NCBI RefSeq assembly: GCF_963921235.1
Contig: NC_086097.1
Location: forward strand, 12,896,001-12,960,000
Reading direction: 5' to 3'
From: Mobula hypostoma
Lineage: Eukaryota
Length of the DNA: 64,000 nt
The translations under genes were made by a program, and so were the position numbers. Within the stretch, counting starts at the first letter, position 1; each line of letters starts with the position of its first letter. Of the stretch, positions 9,793 to 21,405 are shown piece by piece. Below the pieces are notes generated by a model. That model did no database searches. It was not told where the DNA came from and saw only the letters and a program-made list of their open reading frames with translations.

Positions 9793-12212
9793 ATGTTGCT
9801 ATTGTGGCACCACTCACCCAGATTTTCAGTCCCCCTCTTCACCAGCTTTGACTCAGCCTATGACAGTGGTGTCATCAGCAAACTTGAATATGGCATTGGA
9901 GCGGTGCTAAACCAGACAGTCATAAGTGTAAAGCAAGCAGAGCAGGGGCTAAGCACACATCCTTCTGGTGCACTTCTGCTGATAGAGGTTGTGGAAGAAA
10001 TGTTGTTGCCAATCTAAACTCTTTTCCATAGATGCTGCCTGGCCTGCTGAGTTCCTCCAGAATTTTGTGTGCGTTTGCTTGGATTTCCGGCATCTGCAGA
10101 ATTTCTCTTGTTTCTCTCAGTCCTTTATCTTTCCCTCTCCTTCCGCTTCCCAGTCCTGAAGAGGGGTCTCAGCCTGAAATGTCAACCGTACAGTACTCTT
10201 TTCCACGGATGCTGCCTGGCATGCTGAGTTCCTCCAGCATTTTGTGTGTGTTGCTTGTTGCCAATCCTAACTGACTGGGGTCTGCAAGCGTTGAAATCCA
10301 GGATCCACTTGCACAAGAAGATATTGATGCCAAGGTCTTAAAGCTCATTGATGAGTTTTGAGGGGATGATGGTTATTAAATGCCAAGGTGTAGTTGATAA
10401 AGAGCATCCTGATGTATGCATTTTTGCTGTCCAGATGTTCCAGGGTTGAGTAAAGAGCGGGAGAAATGACATCCGCTGTGGACCTTTTGCACTGGTAGGC
10501 AAATTGGAATTGTTCCAATTCACTTCTCAGGCAGGAGTTGATGTTTCATTACCAACCTCTCAAAACACTTCATCATTGTGCATGTAAATACTACTGGACG
10601 ATAGTTACTGAGGCAGGTTACCATGTTCATCTTAGGCACGAGGATAAGTGGAGCCTATTCAAAGCTGGTGGGAACTTCAGACTGCCAAAGTGAGAGGTTA
10701 GAGATCTCAGTGAACACTCCGGACAGTTGATCAGCGCAGGTTTTTAGTGGTTGGCCAGGAGCTTGTGATAGTTCCTCCATGTTTTGATGGTCAAAATGAG
10801 CATAGAAGGCATTGAGCTCATCTGGAAGCAAAACATTATCCTTGCCTATGTCACTTGATTTTCCGTTATAAGAGGTGACAGTATTCAGCCCTGCCACAGA
10901 TGTCAAGTGTCCTTCATTGATTCAAGTTTAGTCTGGAATTGCCACTCGCCTGTGAGATGTCTTTCTGGCAATCATACCTGGAGCTATTTTAATTTTCTTG
11001 GTCACTAGACTTGTCTGCCTCTGATCTAGCCCGCAGCAAATTACAAATCTCATGGTTCATCCAGTGGTTCTGTTTTGTGAAGACTCTGAATGATTTTGTG
11101 GGGACACCCTCGTCTACAACAGCTTTTATAAAGTCCATGTACACCGTGGTGTATTCACCCAGATCCACAGGTAAGTCCTTGAACATGACCCAATCCACCA
11201 ATACAAAGTAATCCCTTAGATGCTCCTCTGCCTCCTACATCCACCTTTTTATTGTTCTAATGTCTGGAGCCTTGCTCTTTAGCACCTGCGTGTATGCAGA
11301 TAGGAGAAGGACAACCATGTGATCAGATTTCCTGAAATGCAGTCTGGGTATGGAACCAATGGCATTCCTTATTTTAGTATAACAGTAGTCTAGTGGGTCT
11401 GGTGCTACAGCTTATACGCTGATGGTAAATTGGCAGGAATTTCTTCAAACAAGCCTGATTGAAGTCCCAGACTATAATTTGAAATGCATTGGGATGGACT
11501 GTTTCTTGTTTGGAGATGGCTTCATGCAGTATCTCAAGTGCTTGAGTACAGTCAACCATTCATGACATGGAAACTCCAGTGAGAATCATGGATGCAAATT
11601 CTCGAGGTAAATAAAAAGGATGGCATTTGATCATCAGGTATTCAAGGTCAGGGAAACATGAGTTTGAAAAAATTGCCACATTGGACCACCACTGAGAGTT
11701 TATTAGGAAACACACGCCTGCACCTTTTGCCTTTTCCAAATCGGCAGTCCAGTCCATCTTGTGAATTGAGAAGCTTTCTGATTACCATATCTGGTGTGCT
11801 GGAGTGAGCCATGTCTCGATTCAACATAGAAGATAACGATCTCTCATTTCTCTCCGATACATCAATTTTGTTCTTCAGCAACTGCACATTTACTGATAAG
11901 ATGCTGGGTAGAGGGGTTCTCATTCCTTTCTGTTCCTGCCTACCTTGGAGACCCTCATACTACCTTACTTCCAGCCATGGTGATGAACTTCGGCCACTTA
12001 ATAGTGCTGTACCTGCTTGCTTGAGAGTTAAGTCCACAAAGTCATTCAGAAGATCGTGAAATCTACAGTTCACTAAGTCAATTTAAAAGTGCATTGCTGA
12101 AAGGGAAATTACATGGTGCAGATTGTAGTGAGAGTAATTCAAAAGAGGTGTAATTAGAAGTATTGTACATAGCCCGCAGAATGTTGTTGTGGTTCACCAG
12201 AGCCAACTTGTC
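9793..12212 (-). mobile_element. Rex1/Babar LINE, 5'-intact and 3'-truncated, frameshifted APE endonuclease plus RT N-terminal half
   Basis: ORFs 'PLPSILSVNVQLLKNKID', 'PDLEYLMIKCHPFYLPREF', 'IIVWDFNQACLK', 'LPDELNAFYAHFD', 'LKTCADQLSGVFTEISNLSL', 'TIIPSKLI'; 5' end 'caagttggctctggtgaacc' matches 62308-62330. Confidence 0.9.
10021..10254 (+). mobile_element. Penelope-derived, hammerhead-motif-bearing short insert (~1.3 units) with ~18-bp TSD
   Basis: Flanks ttgttgccaatctaaact (10003-10020) and ttgttgccaatcctaact (10255-10272); internal period 177 nt; degenerate cagtc-CTGAAGA..GAAATGTC at ~10151-10185. Confidence 0.75.
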
Positions 12213-12740
12213 AGCAAGTGGTGATGCGACCAGTCACAATGCTCTCCATGGTACATCTGCGGAAATTTGGTGACAGACCGAAACTCCTGAAATTTCTAAT
12301 GACATATAACTGCTGGCATTCCTTCTTTGTCATTGCATAAATATGTTGGGCCCAGAACAGATCCTCTGAGATGTTGATGCTCAGGAATTTGAAGCTGCTC
12401 ACCATTTTCACTGCTGACCCTCGATGAGGACTGGTGCGTTTTCCCTCGACTTCCCCTTCCTGAAGTCCACAATCAATTCCTTTCTCTTTCTAACGTTGAG
12501 TAGAAGATTGTGGTTGCACCACTCAACCAACCAATCGATCTCACTCCTGTACACCTCATCATCACCATTTGAGATTCTGCCAACAGCAGTGTGTCATTGG
12601 GGAATTTATAGATGGTGTTTAAGCTGTGCCTGGCCATACAGTTGTGAGTGCAGAGAGAGCAGAGCAGTGGGCCAAACACACATGCTTAAGGTGTGCCTGT
12701 GTTGATAGTCAGTGAGGAGGAGATGTTATTTCAGATCCAC
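12213..12740 (-). mobile_element. Rex1/Babar RT C-terminal fragment
   Basis: 'PLLCSLCTHNCMARHSLNTIYKFPNDT' (decayed KFADDT) and 'VSSFKFLSINISEDLFW'. Confidence 0.88.
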
Positions 12741-13879
12741 GGGCAGCCAAGTCTGCAACAGCCTGATCCCATAAATGAAAAAAATAAAAACTAATATCAC
12801 TCCTGGGATCAATCAGACTGTTCCAAAGAGAGGAACAAAAAATTGATATGGAGAAGGAATATCGGTTCATAAAGATTGTCTTTGACTAAACATATTGCCT
12901 GGGTAGACATAAAACTAAACTCATTAATTCTACAACATTTTTCTGCTTCCAGGCTGAGTCATGTCAGGAGGTAAAATGGTCCATTTTTAAGCAATATGAA
13001 AAATGTTAAATATTATTTTATGTTTTGCACAAAGAATTTTGCCAGCAGCATGTTCCTAGCAACATCTTGCAGAAGCTAAACAAGCCGCACAGCTAGTGGC
13101 AAAACTTGTAAAGAGAACTCGGATGGCCTCTGAGCTGTTAATAGGTATACTCAGAGGAAAATGGTGTGAAGCAGAGATATTAGTTTCTACAAAAGATTTG
13201 TAAAACCTAGCTACCTGCCAAGACTGCAATTAACCACCGTGCTTGGAGTCCGATGGTTGGTTCATTCCCTGTGTGGAGATCCCTGGTCTCTAACAGATGT
13301 TAGCTCAGCGGCCCGATACCTAAAGTGCTTAACTCAGGCCTTCGGACTGGGAGGAACAAATTATATTTACAAACATGCGAGGAATTAATCTTCCTTATAA
13401 TGACTCTGTGGGCCTGAGATTGTTCTGCCAGCCAAAACCTTGTATTATAAATTGATAAAGTTACAAAGTGTAAAAGGATTTTGAAAACCTTTTTTCTTTT
13501 ATGTTGTTCTGGGTGAACGAGGGGAGGGGTGCTTGGTGGTGAGGTGTGGGCTGGGCTGTGAGTGATTTTGGTTTCAGTTCTCCCAGACGCTGTAAATTCT
13601 GAGCCTGCTTTAATCAAGTTTTCAAACCACCATAGGAGTGTGGCATAGGCGAAAACACACACTTATTGTGAAATGGGCTCTGAGGTGAATGGAATGCACA
13701 GTTAGAATTTGAAACAATTAAGAATTCTGGTGAAACTTCTTCCTCCTGTATGTCAGGTTTTGGATAAAATATTTGCACGATTTGGGCTGAAGGGCTTTTT
13801 CCTGTGCCGTACAGATTTCACTATTACCTAAGAGGTATTTGGGCAGGTATACGAACATGAAAGATTCAGCGGGATCGCT

Positions 13880-14248
13880 CGATCGTTCGTTATGTGCGTT
13901 CATATGACGTGGGCGATCATGGTCTTTCCATGACCATATTTATTCTTGGCAAATTTTTCTACGGAAGTAGTTTGCCATTGCCTTCTGGGCAGTATCTTTA
14001 GAAGATGGGTGACCCCCCCCCATCTTCAGAGATTGCCTGCCTGGCATCAGTGGTCGCATAGCCAGGACTTGTGCTATGCGCCAGCTGCTCGTTCGACCAC
14101 CCTCCACCTGCTCCCGTGGCTTCACATGACCATAATCGGGCGGCTAAGCATTTCTATACCCTGCCCAAGGGTGACCTGCAGGCTAGCGAGGGGAAGGAGT
14201 ACTGTACAATTTCATTTGGGTAGAAACGTATCTCTACCTCAGCACCCA
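13880..14248 (-). mobile_element. RTE-related short non-autonomous element
   Basis: Collinear with 4932-5306 and 59130-59486; 'tttgccattgccttctgggcag' core; (CGAA)n-like tail. Confidence 0.75.
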
Positions 14249-14447
14249 ATAGAGATTAGCACAGTATCGTGAGACAAATGACCTGTCCAAGGCTGTACTA
14301 TGTTCTATGAGAACTGAAATAGGCAGAGAAAATGCTGGGGATACTCATCATCCGTGAAGAGAGACACAGTGTCAGCGACCTTTCATCAGAACATGAAGAG
14401 CTACTTCCATTTCTCGCTCCACAGATGCTGCCTGACCAACTGAATAT

Positions 14448-14914
14448 AGAAACATAGAAACATAGAAAATAGGTGCAGGAGTAGGCCATTCGGCCCTTCG
14501 AGCCTGCACCGCCATTTATTATGATCATGGCTGATCATCCAACTCAGAACCCAGCCTTCCCTCCATACCCCCTGACCCCTGTAGCCACAAGGGCCATATC
14601 TAACTTCCTTTTAAACATAGCTAATGAACTGGCCTCAACAGTTTGCTGTGGCAGAGAATTCCACAGATTCACCATTCTCTGTGTGAAGAAGTTTTTCCTA
14701 ATCTCGGTCCTAAAAGGCTTCCCCTCTATCCTCAAACTGTGACCCCTCGTTCTAGACCTCCCCAACATCGGGAACAATCTTCCCGCATCTAGCCTGTCCA
14801 ATCCCTTTAGGATCTTATACGTTTCAATCAGATCCCCCCTCAATCTTCTAAATTCCAACGAGTACAAGCCCAGTTCATCCAGTCTTTCTTCATATGAAAG
14901 ACCTGCCATCCCAG
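14448..14914 (-). mobile_element. Young 5'-truncated CR1 LINE with uninterrupted C-terminal frame
   Basis: ORF 14544-14924 'LSYEERLDELGLYSLEFRRLRGDLIETYK...TRGHSLRI...FFTQRMVNLWNSLP'; (GAAACATA)n tail; gaatat flanks at 14442-14447 and 14915-14920. Confidence 0.95.
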
Positions 14915-14984
14915 GAATATGCACAGTTATTCTGGAACTTACCTTTAAGTAAGGCCTCTGGTGTAAAATTCAGTTCTAGGATGC

Positions 14985-15268
14985 CAGCGTTATGGTTATT
15001 GCGACATTATTAGAACTCGGGGCATCAAAGTTTGGACTTTTTAATCTTGGCGCCCTCTGTAAGGAGTTTGTATGTCCTCTCTATGAACATATGGGTTTCC
15101 TCCAGGTGCTCCAACTACCTCCCAAATTCCAAAGACGTACCGGATAATAGGTTAACTGGTCATTGTAAATTGTCCCGTAATTAAGCGAGGGTTAAATAGA
15201 TGGGTTGCTGGGTTGTGTGGCTTGTTGGGCAGGAAGTGCACTGTATCGCTAAATAAAATAAATTAAAT
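14985..15268 (+). mobile_element. V-SINE
   Basis: 'ctgtaaggagtttgtatgtcctc...gggtttcctccaggtgctcc', CR1-like tail and (AAAT)n. Confidence 0.82.
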
Positions 15269-16221
15269 ATAGATATGTAAAGATCTCAAGGATCAGGGAG
15301 GAGGTGACCTTCAGTTATTGGCGTTCCCTCCTGCTCACATCTAAGTCTTGTCTTTAAGTTCATGGTGATGTCTTTAGCCTTGGAGATCTCTTGGGTCAGC
15401 TTTGGCCTTGCACCCTCCTCCTCTATTTCCTCAGAAAGACTGGCATTTAGCAAAACAGTGAAAAGGAAGATAGTGAAGGATATATCTGTGGTTCTTTTAT
15501 TGGCTTTCTTTCCAGTCCTTGTTATGAAAAGCTGCTGCCGGGCTGCCAATAGTCATTTGGAAGTTTGGTTTACAGTTAATATCTGCCAGTTTTCCTTTTG
15601 GGTTGCAATTTGTTATGTCCTGAAATAGTTCACTTATTGTCTATTCTTTGTGCATTGTGAATGAGAATTAGAATCATATTGCTCGGGCATGTAATCAAAA
15701 GAATGTGCTCATGAGAGAAATTTGGCTTCAGACAATATAGTGACTGTGCATTGTACTCTCCTTCTGAAATCCGTTTCCATTGACTCCAGTAGGGCTGAAT
15801 ATTCGAAATGGAGTTAACAGACGGCCGAAAGCACCATATTTCTCATTCAGCTAAAGCAATTAGGATGGATTGAATTCCATCTCAGACAATTCTGTTTTTT
15901 TTTTCCTCTGAGTTATTCACAGAACATTAGTCTGTAATTCCAGTACTGTTCTAGAGGGTTTACGATCTTGCTCATTTGCGATGGATGTGAGATAAATGCG
16001 TAATAGAAATAAAAAGAGCAAAAATAAAAGAATCTAATGATGTATCTGATTAGTGTGTTGGGTTGACTGCTGGAAGTAATAAACACATTGTTAAACATTC
16101 TCATTTAAAATTATTAGCTATTAAATAATCAGTGATAACAACACAATACACCAAAATGCCTCACCTCCCTGAATTTTTTTCCTCATCCCCCTTCCTCAAG
16201 ATGCAACAAACCAAAAATTAA

Positions 16222-16762
16222 TAAACAAGAGAAAATCTGTAGTTGATGGAAATCCAATGTAACACCAACAAAAAGCTGGAGGAACTCAGCAGGCCAGGAA
16301 GCATCTATGGAAAAAGGTAAACAGTTGACATTTAGGGCTGTGACCTTTCATCAGGACTGGGAAGGAAAGAGTAAGAAAGTGGGGGGAGGGGATAAAGAAA
16401 TACAAGGTGGCAGGTGATAGGTGAAACTGGGAGAGAGGGAAGGAGTGAATAAAGAGCTGGGAATTTGATTGGTGAAAGAGATAAAGGGCTGGAGAAGTCG
16501 GCATCGGAAAGGAGAGGGACAAAAGACCATGGAAGAAAAGGAAGTGGGAGGAGCACCAGGCAGAGGTAATGGGCAGGTAAGAAGATAAGGTGAGAAAAGG
16601 AAACAAGAATGGGGACTGGTGAAGGAAAGGTTGGGGGGGGGATAATAACCAGAAATTCATGAAATCAACGTTCATACCATTAGATTGGAGGCTACCCAGA
16701 TGGAATACAAGATGTTGCTCTAAGAGAGGCCTCATCCTGGCAGTAGAGGAGCCATGGACTGA
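16222..16762 (-). mobile_element. Penelope-like element 3' end: GIY-YIG C-terminus, pyrimidine-rich UTR and hammerhead-like unit
   Basis: Minus frames 'LLYCQDEASL' and 'LEQHLVFHLGSLQSNGMNVDF'; minus-strand cagtc-CTGATGA-aaggtcacagccc-TAAATGTC-aactg at ~16322-16359. Confidence 0.8.
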
Positions 16763-17934
16763 AAATTAAAACCTTTTGTTCTGGTATGTGCTCTCCCATT
16801 TGTGTAAGGATTGGTAACAGGGTGATATGGGGTCTATCAGCTCTGGTGCACTGATTGCTCCCATTTCCCCCCAGTAGCTGCTGGCAGGACCCATCACTCA
16901 CTGTTTTGTCTTGTTCCTGACATAAAGAGATTGCCGTTGGAAACAACAATGCTAAAAACTGAAACTCTTTTAAAGAACAGGGAGATCAGCTAATGAGGTC
17001 GCTGTATTCTTTCTGCAGTCACTTTGCCAAACAATAGCAGAATAAACAGATGAAGTCAATTTATCTGAGGAATTTGGCCTGGAAGATGGTCACACAGACA
17101 CATTCAGTCATATGACAACTCCAGACTAAGCAATCGCCAGATCATGGCAAACTGATTGTCTTTCTTGTAACTCTCAGTAACTGGTAATTGAATCTGAGGG
17201 CAAAGATACAAACTTGAATGAAGGAAGGTAGAATTATTAGCAATTAAGAGGACTCTATCAGTCAGAGTGCTTGGTCAGCTTTTAGTAGGCAGGTTGTCTC
17301 TTTTATACATCTTTATGTTTCATTATCTCTCATCTCTTCCCCCCCCACCCCCCCACCAACTGGATTTTCTTTCGGGTTGGGTCAGACTTTTATCAGCCCA
17401 TGTGGATACATTAACCCCTTGAGAGCCAAAGGATTATTTTTTTGTCTGGAAATAAACTGTCAACTATGCCATGGTTCTGCAGGAGATCTGCTTTGTGCAA
17501 TAAGGTGAGGAAAAAAGATGATAGTCATTTAGCAAGTCAACACTGAAACGTCCAGATTTTTACAAGGTAAAACATTATTATCCTACTAAATTTACATCTT
17601 CAGATTTTATAATACTTTTTGCACAACCGAATGATTTCACATAAGATTGAGACTTATTAAATGCTCTTACAGTCAATATAGGACACAGTAATGATATTCA
17701 CGTTCTCCAGCTAAAATGAAATGCTTCACATAAAACCTTCTTATGGTAACAGTGCAGAGAAACTTTTTGCTGTCAGGTCAGCTTGGACAGAGGATTGTTA
17801 TTGAATTGAACTACCCCAAAGAATGATGGCAGATAAGAGGATCACCATCATAAAACTATCATATTGTACGGAGCTTGAAGGCTCTGGCAGAGCCACAAAA
17901 AAAAAAGATAATTTAATCAATCTTCACCAAGCAA

Positions 17935-18420
17935 ACCAAAGACATCTATATGGAGCGCTGTCACAGGAAAGCAGCATCCGTCATCAGGATCCCCCACCAC
18001 TCAGGATACGCTGTCTTCTCACTGCTCCCATCAGGAAGAAAGTACAGGAGCCTCAGGACTCGCACCCCCAGGTTCAGGAACAGATATTACCCCTCAACCA
18101 TCAGGTTTTTGAACCAGACGGGATAACTTCACTTGCCCCATCACTGAACTTTTCCCACAAAATATGGGCTCACTTTCAAGGACTCTTCATCTCCTGATTT
18201 TGACATTTGTTGCTTATTTATATATTATTATTATTTCTCTTTTCATTTACACAGTTTGCGTCGTTTGCACATTGGTTGTTTGTCCACCGTGTTGGGTGCA
18301 GTATTTCATTGATTCCATTATAGTTCTTGGATTTACTGTGTATGTTCACAAGAAAATGACTCTCTGGGTTGTATATAGCGACACATAAACACTTTGATAT
18401 TAAATTTACATTGAACTTGA
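17935..18420 (+). mobile_element. Rex1/Babar 3' fragment
   Basis: 'gctgtcacaggaaagcagcatcc...ccatcaggaagaaagtacaggagcctcagg', family UTR and (TTGAAC)-like tail. Confidence 0.85.
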
Positions 18421-18534
18421 ATGTTGACAGCCTATTTCCACAAAGCAAGCCTCATCATTGTATTCCGATAATACCAATGTCATCTGTTTTCTTTATGTTG
18501 CTAAATGTTGACGAGCACAAAGTACAGGTAGTCA

Positions 18535-18830
18535 TGCCACTGTAGTAGTCAGCACATTGCTATTACAGCTTGGGGCATCGGAGTTTGGAGTTCAATTCCA
18601 TCGCCATCTGTAGGGAGTTTGTACGCTCTCCCCACGACTGCTCGGCTTTGCTCCGGGTGCTCTGGTTTCCTCTCACATTCCAAAGATGTTCCAAAGTAGG
18701 TCAATTGGTCATTGTAAATTGCCCTGTGATTATGTTAGGGTTAAATCGATGGGTTGCTAAGCAGTGCTGCTTGTTGGGATGGAGGGTCTTGTTCCGGGCT
18801 GTATCTCTAAATAAAATAAAAATAAATATT
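18535..18830 (+). mobile_element. V-SINE
   Basis: B-box-like 'ggagttcaattcc', V-domain 'gggagtttgtacgctctcccc...ctccgggtgctctggtttcctc', (AAAT)n tail. Confidence 0.85.
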
Positions 18831-18919
18831 CAATAGTTTTACCAGGATGAGATGGCAAACAGTTAATATGTCAATCAACTTTCAGATTGAAGGTTTTATT
18901 GATTAACAAGCCTATTTTG

Positions 18920-19100
18920 AGTCATAGTCATGGAAAATTACAGTACAGAGACAGCCCCTTTGTTAGTCTGTGCCAAACCATTTAAACTGCCTACTCTCAT
19001 CGATCTGCACCGGGATCATAGCCCTCCACACCCTTGCCATAAGTGCACCTATCCAAATTTCTCATGAACGTTGAAATTGAGCTTTGGATCCCATATACTT
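18920..19100 (-). mobile_element. CR1 3' UTR fragment
   Basis: (GAGTCATA)-like tail and 'catagccctccacacccttgcc...cctatccaaatttctc'; same family as 59780-60110. Confidence 0.7.
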
Positions 19101-19439
19101 CAGAATTTGACTTGATGAAGGCTGTAAACAAATCAATGCATGCACTGCCAGAACTGCTGAACAAAAGTCTAGCACTATTAGGCTTGCACATGCAGAAGCA
19201 CGACAAAATCTACAACAACGCTGAAATAAACAAGAACAGTCAGAGACACCCGGGTACACACTTGTCTAAAAATTTCTCCACAGGCAATAGCACAACCAGC
19301 AATTTAGTGATATATGCACACTGTAATCCTGCACCGAATTCAGTTGCATTGAAGCCACTACTTAATTGGGTGCTACAGACCAAGATGATTGGCCACAGGT
19401 TAGAGAAACAACAGTTATGTTGAAGATTTCATTGATTAA

Positions 19440-19655
19440 CAAAGACACAAGAGAGACTGCAGATGCTAGAAATTTGGATTGACACAGACAAAATGCAGAA
19501 GGAACTCAGCAGGTCAGGCAGTGATCTATCGAGGGAAGTGAACAGTCGAGATTTCAGGCAGAGGTGAAGGATCTCAGTCCAAAATGTCAACTGTTTATTT
19601 TCCTCCATAGGTGCTGCCTAGCCTGCTGAGTTCCTCTGGCCTTTTGTGTGTGGTG
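19440..19655. mobile_element. Inverted pair of Penelope-derived terminal units
   Basis: 'ggaactcagcaggtcaggcag' (minus unit) faces 'gctgcctagcctgctgagttcc' (plus unit), joined at decayed hammerhead motifs. Confidence 0.7.
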
Positions 19656-19780
19656 ATCATCAGTACTAATTTGTCTGCATCTGACTGTGGTCATCATTTC
19701 CGCTGCACATCACATCTCGGTTTTATCTCATCCAAGTATACCACAGTTTAAGTTTACAGAATACACACATCTATCTAGAT

Positions 19781-19860
19781 CCGGGGTTCCCAACCTTTTC
19801 TATGCCATTGACCAACAGCATTAAGCAAGGGGTCTGTGGACCTCAGGTCTGGAACCTCTG
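19781..19860. mobile_element. 80-bp hAT (Charlie-like) MITE
   Basis: TIRs ccggggttccca / tctggaacctctg; 8-bp TSD-like atctagat / atttagac. Confidence 0.8.
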
Positions 19861-20184
19861 ATTTAGACACTTCATCAAGTGAAATTAAATAGTGGATCTT
19901 TTTACCTTACCTTCAGTTTTTTTGCCAAATGAAGAAGAACCAAATGCAAGGACTCTTGTCTCTGGACCATGTTTTGTCTTAGAAGCTGGCGTCCTCTACT
20001 TTTATGTCCCACCTCTTTCCTCCAGCTTCATTTTTGCTCCATATTAGAAGGATCTTCATTCTTATTCACTCCTATGCCCCGAATGAGGTGGTTTTCTGCT
20101 AGTTATAGTTGCAGGGATCCTGGATGCCTTCCATGACCTCAGTACCTTCCCTTCTTGAATGTAAAGTGAATCCTGGATACGGTA

Positions 20185-20565
20185 GCATCCAGGACAGCTT
20201 CAAGGAGTGATGCCTCAAAAGAGCAACACCCATCATTAAAGACCCCCATCACCCAGGACACACCTTATTCTCATTGCTACTATTAGGAAGAAGGTACAGA
20301 ATCCTGAAGGTACACACTCAATGATTCATGAACAGCTTCTTCACCTCTGCCATCAGATTTCTGAATGAACATTGAGCTCAGAATACTACCCCACTACTTT
20401 CTTCTTATTTATATTTTTGCACTACTTAAATTTAATTAATATATGTACTTACATATGCAGTTTTTCTCTCTAATATTATGTATCGAATTGTACTGCTACC
20501 ACAAAGACATCAAACTTCATGACAAATGCCAGTGTTATTAAACCTGATTCTGATTCTAATTCTTA
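20185..20565 (+). mobile_element. Rex1/Babar 3' fragment
   Basis: 'tgcctcaaaagagcaacacccatcattaaagacccccatcacccagg' and (ATTCTG)n tail. Confidence 0.85.
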
Positions 20566-20669
20566 ACAAAGGTGCTAGACTATAAGAGGTTTCCAGTCCA
20601 TTCCAATAAGGTCATCATTCAGGGTGCAACCTTTCCATTGAAGTAGTCATCAGAAGTAAGGATAGTAGA

Positions 20670-20960
20670 TTCACGACTTCATACAGAACTGAAAGAGGCC
20701 CTTCGGCCCATTGAATCCATGCTGAAAATCAACCACCCATTTACACTAAATTTATTTTGTTCTCCCCACATTCCCTTCAACTCCTTCACTCATCTACAGA
20801 TAGGACCATTTACACTGGCCAGGTAGCTACCATCCTGCACAGCTTTGAGGTAGGATAAGAAATTGGAGGACTTGGGGAACACCTATGCAGTCAGAGGAAG
20901 ATCAAGCAAACTCCAAATAGAGAGCACCTGAGGTCGGGATTAAACCCAATACCACCGTGG
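20670..20960 (-). mobile_element. Diverged V-SINE-type element
   Basis: CR1-like tail 'aggcccttcggcccattgaatcc' and head 'gaggtcgggattaaaccc'. Confidence 0.6.
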
Positions 20961-21120
20961 CTTTTAGGAAGTTCTATCAATGCCAATGTATTTTCAAAGT
21001 AGCTTTGCCGATGTCTCTAGCCCAGCATGGCTGACTGTTGCACAAGACTCAATTAACCCAGTGCCAATGTAAAGTCAGACCAATGATTTTCTAGTCTACC
21101 TGCTCTGCTGGGTGCTGCCT

Positions 21121-21405
21121 TTTATTTTATTTTATTGAGACATAGCATGGAATAGGCCTTTCCTGCCCTTCGAGCCTCGCCACCCAGTAATCACCCGATT
21201 TAATCCTAGCCTAATCACGGGACAATTTACAATGACCAATTAACGGACTAATTGTTACATCTTTGGACTGTGGGAGGATACCAGAGCAACTGGAGGAAAC
21301 CCATGTGGTCATGGAAAGAACATACAAACTTCTTACAGGCAACAGTAGGAATTGAACCTAGGTCTTCTGCACTGTAAAGCTTTATGCTAACCATTATGCT
21401 ACTAA
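21121..21405 (-). mobile_element. V-SINE
   Basis: Full head, V-domain and tail in reverse complement with (TTTA)n. Confidence 0.88.

Noticed and set aside
15286..15549. Minus-strand ORF with an acceptor-like site near 15440 (LSEEIEEEGARPKLTQEISKAKD)
   Set aside because: No recognisable protein family, weak donor and no partner exons; cannot be supported as coding.
19043..19423. 126-aa plus-strand ORF
   Set aside because: Starts in an antisense CR1 UTR and runs into unrelated sequence; a chance read-through.
19905..20100. Minus-strand exon ending at AAG|GTAAGG
   Set aside because: No convincing acceptor and no recognisable peptide.
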